64,000 nt of DNA from a virus. The stretch covers positions 38,949-102,948 of the IMG/VR virus record IMGVR_UViG_3300017739_000004; one strand, 5' to 3'. The translations under genes were made by a program, and so were the position numbers. Under the pieces are notes generated by a model, which saw only the letters and a program-made list of their open reading frames with translations, had not been told where the DNA came from and did no database searches. Of the stretch, positions 56,401 to 64,000 are shown piece after piece; positions within the stretch are counted from its first letter, which is position 1; each line of letters starts with the position of its first letter.

Positions 56401-57278
56401 CTTATGATTTTTATAATAATGGTACTTTTTATAATAATGGTGCGGCTATTATAGACGATAATCTAACTATATCAAGTGGAAACTTATACATACCTGAATA
56501 CATATACCATTCAGGAGATACAAATACTTATATTAGATTTACTGGTGATGCTATTACATTAAGAGCTGGTGGTACAGATATGATTAACATCATAGAAGGT
56601 TCAGATGACTATGTAGAGATTGCTGGAAGATTACAGCTTAGAGATAGTGTAGATTTAAAAATGTTTCATTCATCAACTACAACTGATAGTGCCATACATA
56701 TGCCACGAGCTGGTTATATTAGTTTCTATGGTGATACAAATGTGCACCATTGTATAAGATCAGCAAATCAGAGTAATTCTGAATCAGATGATATAATGAT
56801 TAGTTCTTATGGTGCACTTTATATTGATCTTGATTCTAATAACAATAATGTGTCTGGTGCTGACTTTGTAATTGGTCGACATAATTCTACTTCATCTAAT
56901 ATGTTTAGTGTAAGTGGAGAAGATGGAGATACAATTGCAGCGGGTGATGTCACAGCTTTTGGTTCACCATCAGATATTAGACTTAAAGAAAATATAGAAG
57001 TAATTGCTGATCCACTCAATAAAGTACTAAAACTAAAAGGTGTCACATTTAATTATAAAGACACAGGTAAAAAATCAACTGGACTTATTGCACAAGATTT
57101 AGAAGAAGTCTTGCCAGAAGTTGTTTATGAAACACACGATATAAATGATGATAATAATAAATTTAAAGCAGTTAGATATGGTAATACTGTAGGTTTATTG
57201 GTTGAAGCAATAAAAGAACAACAAACTATTATAAATAGATTAGAAGAAAGAATTAAAAAACTCGAGGGAGAAAAATAA
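50475..57278 (+). CDS. Large modular tail fibre with a C-terminal S74-like chaperone
   Basis: N-terminal NFKVKNGL; VIDSSRN repeats; SDIRLKENI..GLIAQDLE..YGNTVGLLVEAIKE. Confidence 0.85.
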   Translation: MATDHNFKVKNGLHVEGADTKLVDAGSGNAKLEVGGTLSIRPEGTTSNKHFFELNDYTAAGTITGATLASTGNITVGGNLTLNSNSNYIATRQILARDTNGLSFKTSGGGTTMFYTNAGDVTVSNNLTVSGNLTVSGDTTTLNVATLDVEDKNITLNKGSGDTSGSADGAGITIQDAVNSSTDATILWDATNDEFDFSHSIKVAGSLGVTNIVTNKVVKFNGTILDDSNITDTGSAITLGSNTTVSGTTVLTGDTRIGSAAPSGTHALKVYHTDNFEAAKFETNLGGALARFTDTNASIEIGNQNGEAVLRTGNSVRLAANSSGNVRVATGDLQMGSTTVIDSSRNISNIGTIANSGTITSTGSDHTFYNGGSEQSLSIGRNANERLKIRVTDGDITLTADQDADGNSTHNFILDRTFDGSGASQFQIKNNGSLQFNMSATDAQFYNGTLYVGTNDSTPGTLHLFGGATGNAEGGELRLYTGADHDGTVDWYRFDAYQDDLRIGRSGQTDIYLFQNGSVKIENSNLILNHDLDMANNKDINFFNSSGADDGTKITRASGNAFRFKYTGNSMIFDALADNQISYRNSDDEEVMRIVPNSTPTSSSVDVVGNLRINTTTVIDSSRNLSNIGTITATGDMAIDTDTLFVDVSANRVGIGEDSVDMKLHISDTTTPGIKFERPGAVSWRAGVSGTSFQISDSSDTLASPELVLTNSGRLQVNHDAVALASQPAIVAQFDSTATDGLALITVQNLTANTAAALGAGIEFRVGDGTSGSATKSSYIFQRGAGQTTMNYIADRNHQFYVDHHDNDITGTGYSDYGTLAMDIQESGTITIGTTSTTPGFSSTNGHAFHVGDASHISRNSGTALIVNRGTNDGDIINFRRAGTSVGVIGVAASDNLYIAGGSGGTHGIYFNDTAIVPAAQGGAPDHGTLDLGTSSYKFKDAYLTGLNLNTGSAEALPKTFAIANTGGDSGQYIKFGTISSIAQSGRSVKITVHSNSGYNASNAQNQETIIRFKTSNGSSNQSGFYGDCQKYDFGDQAGAPSSVLVKQVSSTEYEFYGLFANFTGDSSFYTVEHRHGTWTHSGSNTGSSAPSGTVLTATERVIFTSGTTNQSATLKAGGLTYPSSDGSNGQVLTTNGSGTLSFTTPSSGTITSVANMSNNRVLTASGSTTINGEANLTFDGNALILFDSGAVTEDTTGLTFRQTGTYSDGRYEHRFRKQDLGGGIPLFLDKTAGTAGSHTTIARFGSYTSNPEEFEVFGDMTATGYVEGGGLQLGAGNSAASIFRIASGMCGFHFSTNTIFPTDNAGQLTNGLVDLGSAGAKYKDLFLGGDLSCEDITITGELNIPNKLRHVGDTNTYLQFHAADQVRIVAGNTEITEWRSDRMQMSNGLPITFNNWSAFSDTALTDINYATLNAPIHIPAVNVGSADKYLPILQGSAQHDQGYRTSYVLGGFKKATTGAGWGDGQTGFFMAMGNSDNNPTKEFRFTWDGRIWYTDAGSDTYLDFDTDSHIKFVTSGVQRAEIDDAGINVVSGGYQTSGTTRIAQDGSFFPTSIDSTGKISFLNGSAAQGIRVNTLYAGTTYASDGAASGMVDTLNGYRVQGAQRIDSSGNFFASDYINIGDDATIEDYDVANAIRIKGQQANTQGYIAFGQQTAKLGCNNSATLTYSNDFQATGRITATSYVVAGSGSGGVALTVNDGYGNANVTFNHVAGVPEQNGASARIVVNTDSAAEAAMEFEVSSAAVTSGSAVNLPVGLKVGHDYVEMPDRLRHQGDTNTYFQFNAADSARIVTGGTVRFLTDSNGVTIKNSTLLLDSNDISGVGSLQIGSNTVIDASRNLTNIGTISSGALTVTSGDTSTFAGTDYLNINANVGGVNTNGSQGLHIGWNKSNGGREINMIFDGGTAQADTEMIFTSTDGTTYTDIFQINGAVGTGVDIKSGGLRMGTTTVIDASRNITAVTGAFSGKVAVMSASVHGSYDFYNNGTFYNNGAAIIDDNLTISSGNLYIPEYIYHSGDTNTYIRFTGDAITLRAGGTDMINIIEGSDDYVEIAGRLQLRDSVDLKMFHSSTTTDSAIHMPRAGYISFYGDTNVHHCIRSANQSNSESDDIMISSYGALYIDLDSNNNNVSGADFVIGRHNSTSSNMFSVSGEDGDTIAAGDVTAFGSPSDIRLKENIEVIADPLNKVLKLKGVTFNYKDTGKKSTGLIAQDLEEVLPEVVYETHDINDDNNKFKAVRYGNTVGLLVEAIKEQQTIINRLEERIKKLEGEK
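57230..57237 (+). promoter_or_regulatory. T4-type late promoter for the neck/terminase operon
   Basis: TATAAATA 40 nt before ATG 57278. Confidence 0.6.
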
Positions 57279-57556
57279 TGGCGATTAATAAAAGTGTAGC
57301 AATACAAAGAATTGAAGTACATCCAGCAGAATCAGGGGCGGCAGAAAATACAAATGCTTCTAAACCATGGATGTTAGTAGTAAGTGAAATAACTTTCACT
57401 GGTACAGGTCAAGATACATCTGATGTAGATTTACCGATGACAGATACTATATCAAAAAATCTTTACTATTATTCAGATGAAGCTAACCAAACACAAACAT
57501 CGTTGGCTGGTGAAGATGCATTAGTACAATCAGTTGGCACTGCAATTTGGAGCTAA
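57278..57556 (+). CDS. Small tail-fibre-associated protein
   Basis: GGAG SD; ends EDALVQSVGTAIWS; coupled to the fibre gene. Confidence 0.75.
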   Translation: MAINKSVAIQRIEVHPAESGAAENTNASKPWMLVVSEITFTGTGQDTSDVDLPMTDTISKNLYYYSDEANQTQTSLAGEDALVQSVGTAIWS

Positions 57557-57559
57557 TAC

Positions 57560-58522
57560 ATGGCAAAACCGAATAGTAAAGATACATTCAAAGATTATTG
57601 TTTGAGGCAACTCGGTGCACCGGTTATAGAAATCAATGTTGATGATGACCAATTAGACGATCGAGTAGATGAAGCTTTACAATATTATCAAGAATATCAT
57701 ACTGACGGTACTGAAAGGTTTTTCTTAAAACATAAATCTACTGGTTCTGTCTTAGCGTTTACCGGTTTATCTGGTACATTTGTTGTGAATGAAGAAGTGA
57801 CAGGTAATACATCTGGAGCTAAGATGATTGTCGATTCTATTGTAGGTTCGACTTTAGTATATAAAGTTTTAGGTGACCCTAATGTTGCTTTCCAAGCAAA
57901 TGAAACAATCACTGGTGGTACCTCTAGTGCAACGGCACAAATTAGTAGTATCACAATTGGTGATTTTGAAAATGGATATATTCCTATTAATGATCTTATT
58001 ACTCAGGTAGTACAAGTATTACCAATAAGAGATTCGGTAAGTTCAAACGATATGTTTGATGTTAGGTATCAAATACATTTACATGACATTTATAATATGG
58101 GCTTCATGGGAAGTCTAGCAGAATACGTTATGAGTATGCAATATCTTGATATGTTAGATAATGTAATTGACTCAGATGAAAAACAAATAGGATTTGAAAG
58201 ACACACAAACAGACTAAATATCTTTATGGATTGGGGTGAAGAAATAAGTATTGGTGATTTTATTGTAGTAGAATGCTACAGAATTATTGATCCAGATACT
58301 TTTACCGATGTCTATAATGATTATTATTTAAAGAAATATGCGACAGCTTTAATCAAAAAACAATGGGGACAAAACCTAATTAAATTTGAAGGTATGCAAA
58401 TGCCAGGTGGTGTCACCTTTAATGGCAGACAGATATATGATGATGCGATCGCTGATATTGAAAAGCTTGAAGAAGAAATGCGACTTAATTGGGAGGACCC
58501 AGTCGATTTTTATACAGGATAA
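57560..58522 (+). CDS. 13: Neck protein gp13 with an insertion
   Basis: YCLRQLGAPVIEINVDDDQ..DR..EALQ; YATALIK.QWGQNLIKF.G..PGGVTFNG. Confidence 0.95.
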   Translation: MAKPNSKDTFKDYCLRQLGAPVIEINVDDDQLDDRVDEALQYYQEYHTDGTERFFLKHKSTGSVLAFTGLSGTFVVNEEVTGNTSGAKMIVDSIVGSTLVYKVLGDPNVAFQANETITGGTSSATAQISSITIGDFENGYIPINDLITQVVQVLPIRDSVSSNDMFDVRYQIHLHDIYNMGFMGSLAEYVMSMQYLDMLDNVIDSDEKQIGFERHTNRLNIFMDWGEEISIGDFIVVECYRIIDPDTFTDVYNDYYLKKYATALIKKQWGQNLIKFEGMQMPGGVTFNGRQIYDDAIADIEKLEEEMRLNWEDPVDFYTG

Positions 58523-58525
58523 TAT

Positions 58526-59443
58526 ATGCCAAGAAATGTTTATTTTTCACAGGCCGTAAAATCTGAACAGAATCTGTTCGAGGACCTGGTAATTGAATCA
58601 CTTAAAATATATGGACAAGATGTCTATTATATTCCTCGTACACTTGTAAACAGAGATAATATATTAGGTGAAGATGCAGCGTCTAAGTTTGATGATGCGT
58701 ATATTATTGAAATGTATATTGAAAATGTTGATGGGTTTGAAGGCTCAGGTGATCTATATTCTAAGTTTGGTTTAGAGATGCGAGACGAAGTCACTTTCGT
58801 TGTATCAAGAAGAATGTGGAATCAATCAATTGGTAAATTCAGTTCTAATGGTTTTAATCCTAGACCTCAAGAAGGTGATCTAATATTCTTACCACTATCT
58901 AATACATTTTTTGAAATATCTTATGTAGAGGACGAGGATCCATTTTATCAATTATCAAAATTACCAACATATAAACTTAAGTGTAATCAATTTGAATATA
59001 GTGATGAAGCATTTGATACGGGCATCTCAGTTATTGATGATGAAATATCAGAAACATCATTTAAAGTCACAATGGATGTTTCAACTACAAATACACAATT
59101 CCCAGAAGTCGGAGAGATTGTAAGACAGACTGTTGGTACAGGTATACAAGTATTTGGTGAAGTCGTAGAAAGAACAAAAACATCAGCCACAAATGGTCAA
59201 TTAAAAATACAAAACGTTGGAGTCACTGGCTCTAATGATGCTAAGGATTTCTTAGTAGATGCAACAAAACCATTAGTAGGTGATACATCAACAATCAGTG
59301 TCACTATAACAAAAATATATGGATTATTAGATACAACTGGTGAAGCCTTTATAGATGACCCACAAGCAGAAAATATTACTTATGAGGCATTTGAATCTGG
59401 CTTTATGGATTTCAGTGAAACTAATCCATTTGGAGAACCATAA
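58526..59443 (+). CDS. 14: Neck protein gp14
   Basis: EQNL.EDL.IES.KIYG.DVYYIPR, SKFG, RPQEGDLIF.P, PFYQL, DFSETNPFGE. Confidence 0.95.
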   Translation: MPRNVYFSQAVKSEQNLFEDLVIESLKIYGQDVYYIPRTLVNRDNILGEDAASKFDDAYIIEMYIENVDGFEGSGDLYSKFGLEMRDEVTFVVSRRMWNQSIGKFSSNGFNPRPQEGDLIFLPLSNTFFEISYVEDEDPFYQLSKLPTYKLKCNQFEYSDEAFDTGISVIDDEISETSFKVTMDVSTTNTQFPEVGEIVRQTVGTGIQVFGEVVERTKTSATNGQLKIQNVGVTGSNDAKDFLVDATKPLVGDTSTISVTITKIYGLLDTTGEAFIDDPQAENITYEAFESGFMDFSETNPFGEP

Positions 59444-60198
59444 TGTTTGGAGATCATTTTTATCATGCAACAATGCGAAAATCCGTAGCGGTTTTTGGTA
59501 CACTATTTAATAATTTAAAAGTAATAAGACAAGCTTCAGGCGGCGGTGTCTTAAATCAGGTTAGAGTGCCTCTAGCATATGGTCCTAAGCAAAAATTCTT
59601 AGCTAGACTAGATGCAGAAGTTGGCCGAGATAATCCAATTGCTATTAAATTACCAAGGATGGCTTTTGAAATTACAAGTTTAAGCTTAGATGCTTCTGCT
59701 AAATTAAATAGAAGAAATCAAATAGCAGAAGATAATGTTAGTGATGTCACTAAAAAGAAAGTAATTAAACATTTTACTGCATACGATATTGGTATGGGAT
59801 TATCTATCATGGTTAAAAATCAAGATGATGGATTACAAATACTAGAACAAATTTTACCTTTCTTTCAACCAGAATATTCAGTCACAATAAAACCTGTTGA
59901 TGACTTTAATCATAAACAAGATGTTCAGGTTATATTACAAGACGTCAGTATAGAAGATAATTATGAAGGTGACTTTTCTGAAAGAAGAGTTTTAATATAT
60001 AACCTTAACTTTATAATGAAGATGAAGTTCTATGGACCTACAGGTGATTCAAAACTTATTAGAGAAGTTAAACTTGATTTCAAAGAGAAAGATAATATTA
60101 CAAGAAAGTTTGAGGATATGGATTTTACAATTAATCCAACAAGTGCAGGTGAAAACGATTCACATACGGTGGTCGTGACTATTACAGAAGGTAGCTAA
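59443..60198 (+). CDS. 15: Tail sheath stabiliser / terminator gp15
   Basis: FYH...RK.V..FGTLFN, VPLAYGPKQKFLARL, LPRMAFE, QILEQILPFFQP. Confidence 0.95.
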   Translation: MFGDHFYHATMRKSVAVFGTLFNNLKVIRQASGGGVLNQVRVPLAYGPKQKFLARLDAEVGRDNPIAIKLPRMAFEITSLSLDASAKLNRRNQIAEDNVSDVTKKKVIKHFTAYDIGMGLSIMVKNQDDGLQILEQILPFFQPEYSVTIKPVDDFNHKQDVQVILQDVSIEDNYEGDFSERRVLIYNLNFIMKMKFYGPTGDSKLIREVKLDFKEKDNITRKFEDMDFTINPTSAGENDSHTVVVTITEGS

Positions 60199-60602
60199 TG
60201 AGTAAAGAAAAGATTATGAAAAATTTAGAAAAGAATGCGCCTGCTATAAAACAAGACAGACCCATCTCTGTAAATAAAGATGTAAAAGATGATTATGATT
60301 TTTCTAGGAGAACGTATAAAGATTTAATTACGGTCGGTACTAGGTCCTTGGATGTTTTGGCTGAACTCGCACGCGAGAGCGAGCACCCGCGAGCCTTCGA
60401 AGTTTTATCAAAAAGTATCAAAGATATAGGAGATACTACTGAAAAACTAATGAAACTTCAGAAAGATAAAGAAGATTTAAAGAGAGTTCAAGATACAGCT
60501 AAAAAGATTACTAATAATAATGTATTCGTTGGTAGCACAACCGACTTACAAAGAATGTTATTAGACAAGGATAATGTGATAGATGCAAAGAGTAAAGAAT
60601 AA
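60198..60602 (+). CDS. 16: Terminase small subunit gp16
   Basis: DYDFSR, A.ESEHPRAFEV, NNNVFVGSTTDLQ. Confidence 0.93.
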   Translation: MSKEKIMKNLEKNAPAIKQDRPISVNKDVKDDYDFSRRTYKDLITVGTRSLDVLAELARESEHPRAFEVLSKSIKDIGDTTEKLMKLQKDKEDLKRVQDTAKKITNNNVFVGSTTDLQRMLLDKDNVIDAKSKE

Positions 60603-62199
60603 CGAATTTGGATATTTAGGAAATCCCTCCGTAAAACGTGATGGGGTTGAGGCTTCTTTTACAAAAGAAGAAGTTAAAGAATATGCTAAGTGCATGAAAG
60701 ACCCTGTCTATTTTGCAAAAAAGTATATTAAGATTATATCACTAGATGAAGGTTTAGTACCTTTTGAAATGTACCCATATCAAAAAAAGATGTTTAAACA
60801 TTTCAATGATAATAGATTTAGTATTGTTTTAGCATGTAGACAATCGGGTAAATCTATATCATCAGTTGTTTATCTCTTATGGTATGCAGTCTTTCACCCA
60901 GAAAAGACAATTGCTATTTTAGCAAATAAAGGTGCAGTAGCAAGAGAAATGTTAGCTCGTATTACTCTTGCCTTAGAGAATCTTCCATTCTTTTTACAAC
61001 CAGGGTGTAAAGCCTTAAATAAAGGTAGTGTTGAATTTAGTAATAATAGTAAGATCATAGCATCAGCAACTTCTGGTAATTCTATAAGAGGTTTGTCTAT
61101 TAATTTATTATTCTTAGATGAGTTTGCCTTTGTAGAAAATGATGCGCAGTTCTATACATCAACATATCCAGTTGTTACGGCTGGTAAAGATACACAGATT
61201 ATAATTTGTTCTACAGCGAATGGTATAGGTAATATCTATCATAAACTATGGGAAGGAGCCGTACAAGATACTAACGAATTCAAACCATTTAGAGTTGATT
61301 GGTGGGATGTACCAGGAAGAAATAAAACTTGGAAAAAGCAAACAGTAGCGAATACTTCGGAATTACAGTTTGAACAAGAGTTTGGTAATACATTTCATGG
61401 AAGAGGTAATACACTGATCAGTGCAAATCATTTATTAGCACAAAAGAGTAAAGACCCTATGTGGTATAAAGAAAACGTATTTGTTTATGAAGAGCCAAAA
61501 GAGGGTCATGAGTATGTCATGACTGTAGATGTCTCAAAAGGTAAAGCACAAGACTATAGTACATTTAATATTATAGATGTGTCTGAAAAACCTTTTGAAC
61601 AAGTATGTGTATTTCGCGATAATAATATATCGCCTATGTTATTGCCAGATGTGATATATAAATATGCAAAAACATATAATGAGGCTTATGTCATTATAGA
61701 AAGTAACGATCAAGGGAGTGTAGTCTGTAATGGATTATATTATGAATTAGAATATGAAAACATGTTTGTTGAGTCTACAGTGAAGGCCAATGCTTTAGGG
61801 GCGACAATGACCAAAAGAGTAAAGCGAATAGGTTGTTCTACTGTAAAAGATTTAATTGAACAAAATAAAATCAAGATACATGATGCACAAACAATAGTTG
61901 AGATGAGTACCTTTGTATCAAGAGGTTCTAGTTGGATGGCACTCCCACCTAATCATGACGACCTGATGATGAATTTAGTATTATTCTCATGGTTTGTCAC
62001 AACTGATATATTTGAATCTTTAACTAATATTGATATGAAGAATATGTTGTATAAAGAAAGATTAAAAGCAATACAAGATGATATGTTACCATTTGGATTT
62101 ATAGAGGATGGCAATTCTAATAATGATAAATATATAAAAGACGAAGAAGGAAATATCTGGTTCGAGGAAAAACAATGGAAAGGTTCAACGACTTTTTAA
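60583..62199 (+). CDS. 17: Terminase large subunit gp17
   Basis: YLGNP, Walker A RQSGKS, Walker B LFLDEFAF, STANG, TVDVSKG..DYS, HDDLMM. Confidence 0.97.
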   Translation: MQRVKNNEFGYLGNPSVKRDGVEASFTKEEVKEYAKCMKDPVYFAKKYIKIISLDEGLVPFEMYPYQKKMFKHFNDNRFSIVLACRQSGKSISSVVYLLWYAVFHPEKTIAILANKGAVAREMLARITLALENLPFFLQPGCKALNKGSVEFSNNSKIIASATSGNSIRGLSINLLFLDEFAFVENDAQFYTSTYPVVTAGKDTQIIICSTANGIGNIYHKLWEGAVQDTNEFKPFRVDWWDVPGRNKTWKKQTVANTSELQFEQEFGNTFHGRGNTLISANHLLAQKSKDPMWYKENVFVYEEPKEGHEYVMTVDVSKGKAQDYSTFNIIDVSEKPFEQVCVFRDNNISPMLLPDVIYKYAKTYNEAYVIIESNDQGSVVCNGLYYELEYENMFVESTVKANALGATMTKRVKRIGCSTVKDLIEQNKIKIHDAQTIVEMSTFVSRGSSWMALPPNHDDLMMNLVLFSWFVTTDIFESLTNIDMKNMLYKERLKAIQDDMLPFGFIEDGNSNNDKYIKDEEGNIWFEEKQWKGSTTF

Positions 62200-63611
62200 C
62201 AGAAAAAGTAGATAAAAAACAAATGCAAAAATTGCATGTGGTTATTCTCGGCCTTGGTGATGAAGAAGGCACGTTTGCAGATATTGTACAAAAATTATCT
62301 AAGAAATATAATATAACACATACTATGGTAGATGTCAAGGAAGCTTACATTGCTTCTAGTGATATTGAGATTGGAGAAGTATTAATTAAAAATATAGATG
62401 GTGAAGATAAAGATGTCACAATTAATATGCATGACTCTTTAGTATTTGTAAGAGCTGGTGCAATTAAAAATCTTACATCTCAAGCATTAGTATCTACATT
62501 ACAAACAATCGGATTCTTTCTTATAAATGATTTAGAAGCTATGTTATTATGTGATAATAAAATGGCATCCACCGTTGCACTAGAAAGAAACAATATACCT
62601 GTACCAAGAACATCAATTATTAATAATATTAAGAGTGTAGAAGATGCACATAAAAAGGTTGGTGGTAAATTTCCAGTCATAATAAAAACACTAAAAGGTA
62701 CTCAAGGTATCGGTGTTTCTAAGGTAAACGATATGAGTTCATTGACATCAGTAGTTCAATCACTGTGGAAGTTTGATGCTGATCTTCTTATACAAGAATA
62801 TTTTGATTTAAAATCAGATATTAGAACTTTATTAGTTGGTAATAAAATCATAGCAAGTGCAGAAAGAAAGAAAGTAGACAAAAAAGAATTTAGAAATAAT
62901 GTACATTTAGGTGCAGAAACACTACCATATAAACTATCAGATGAAGAAAAAGAATTAGTAATCAACGCTGCAAGAACCAGTGGGGCACATTATTGTGGTG
63001 TAGATCATTGTAAAATAGGTGGCAAATATTATATCTTAGAGGTTAATGGTTCACCGGGTATTAGATCACATTTTATGGGGTATAATCCAGAAAACAATAT
63101 GGCCACAGGAAAAAAAGTTACTGATGTAGATGTATTAGAAACAGTATTATTATGGTTCAGTGATGAAGCAAATAGACGACCATTTATGAGACAAGAAGTT
63201 GGTTATATTGAAAGTATTTTATTAGATGGCTTTGATAAAAATTTAATTAGAGCAAAGTTTGATACTGGTAATTCAGCATCAGCAACTATGTTACATGTAG
63301 ATAAACTTAAAATTGAAGGTGATAAAGCTATTTGGAAAAAAAATGGTTTAACGTTTGAAAGTGAAATAGTTGATTTATCATTACCAAGAAGAGGTGGAAA
63401 AGCTTTTGACACAAGACCAGTAATAGAACATGGTATTACCTTCAATAATAAAAAATATAATATAGAAATAGGACTCACAGAAAAAGACACAGCTAGTGAA
63501 ATGTTAGTAAATAGAAAAACAATGACTAAATTAAGAGTTGCGGTCAATCCAAATAGACGATATATCGTAAGTAATTATGCAGGTCAAGATGACGATTATA
63601 GTAGAGATTAA
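62175..63611 (+). CDS. RimK-family ATP-grasp ligase fused to a RimB-like retropepsin-type protease
   Basis: FPVIIKTLKGTQGIGV, LLIQEY, DIR, FRNNVHLG, GVD, LEVNGSPG; C-terminal AKFDTGN...RPVI...MLVNR. Confidence 0.85.
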   Translation: MERFNDFLTEKVDKKQMQKLHVVILGLGDEEGTFADIVQKLSKKYNITHTMVDVKEAYIASSDIEIGEVLIKNIDGEDKDVTINMHDSLVFVRAGAIKNLTSQALVSTLQTIGFFLINDLEAMLLCDNKMASTVALERNNIPVPRTSIINNIKSVEDAHKKVGGKFPVIIKTLKGTQGIGVSKVNDMSSLTSVVQSLWKFDADLLIQEYFDLKSDIRTLLVGNKIIASAERKKVDKKEFRNNVHLGAETLPYKLSDEEKELVINAARTSGAHYCGVDHCKIGGKYYILEVNGSPGIRSHFMGYNPENNMATGKKVTDVDVLETVLLWFSDEANRRPFMRQEVGYIESILLDGFDKNLIRAKFDTGNSASATMLHVDKLKIEGDKAIWKKNGLTFESEIVDLSLPRRGGKAFDTRPVIEHGITFNNKKYNIEIGLTEKDTASEMLVNRKTMTKLRVAVNPNRRYIVSNYAGQDDDYSRD

Positions 63612-63630
63612 GTGTTAAGAACTGCTTAAT

Positions 63631-63638
63631 TATAAATA
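63631..63638 (+). promoter_or_regulatory. T4-type late promoter for gene 18
   Basis: Intergenic TATAAATA. Confidence 0.8.
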
Positions 63639-63700
63639 CTATTATTGAATATTCGTATTATGAAACATATTAACTAACTCAAAAAATAGAGGATAAAGCG

Positions 63701-64000
63701 ATGGCATTTCAAGTATCACCTGGCGTCAGGATAAAAGAAGTTGACGCTACCAATGTTGTTCCAGCATCATCACTATCAATCGGTGGTTTTGTAGGAGCAT
63801 TTAATTGGGGTCCGGTCGAGAAAGTCCGCCTGATAAGTTCGGAGAACAAATTAGCAGAGACTTTTTATCAACCAGACGACAATACTGCAAAATATTTTTT
63901 ACCAGCAGCTGGATTTCTAAAGTATGGAAATTCACTGAAGGTCGTTCGTGTTGTTGATTCAACAGCTAAGAACGCACACTCAGAAGGTTCTGGTTCAAAT
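63701..64000 (+). CDS. 18: Tail sheath gp18, 5' part (runs off the window)
   Basis: GAGGA SD; MAFQVSPGVRIKEVD...GAFNWGPV...FLKYGNSLKVVRV. Confidence 0.93.
   Translation, partial: MAFQVSPGVRIKEVDATNVVPASSLSIGGFVGAFNWGPVEKVRLISSENKLAETFYQPDDNTAKYFLPAAGFLKYGNSLKVVRVVDSTAKNAHSEGSGSN

Noticed and set aside
37123-57278. Diversity-generating retroelement acting on fibre genes
   Set aside because: No reverse transcriptase in the window and no repeat pair differing only at adenines was seen
60583-62199. Intron or intein in the terminase
   Set aside because: Continuous 538-aa ORF with normally spaced motifs

Overview
AT-rich segment of a T4-like myovirus genome, probably from an aquatic phage of a proteobacterial host (host is inference). 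1-8 kb is an accessory block: the Fe-S assembly genes iscU and iscA, then a late-promoter-driven curli-type secretion/signalling cluster (two membrane proteins, CsgF, CsgG, two curlin-like repeat proteins, a FecR-domain protein, a CHASE2 adenylate cyclase and an overlapping ORF). 8-12 kb holds small early genes behind sigma70 promoters, 11-bp-period operator-like repeats and two candidate non-coding RNAs. 12-15 kb encodes gp33, gp59 and gp32. 15-20 kb is a minus-strand tail block (gp4, gp2, tail-tube family protein, gp26/gp51, tape measure). 20-64 kb covers the baseplate, very large fibre proteins, neck, terminase, a RimK-protease fusion and the start of gp18. Best leads: a hairpin RNA whose loop is a perfect 14-nt complement of an early-gene ribosome-binding site; a ~290-nt multi-stem RNA candidate; a probable -1 frameshift fusing gp26 and gp51; the curli-FecR-cyclase module; a RimK/RimB-like fusion with a capsid-targeting-like N-terminus; leaderless late mRNAs; and apparent GTWAC avoidance. 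All calls come from reading motifs and synteny by eye; no searches or folding programs were run.
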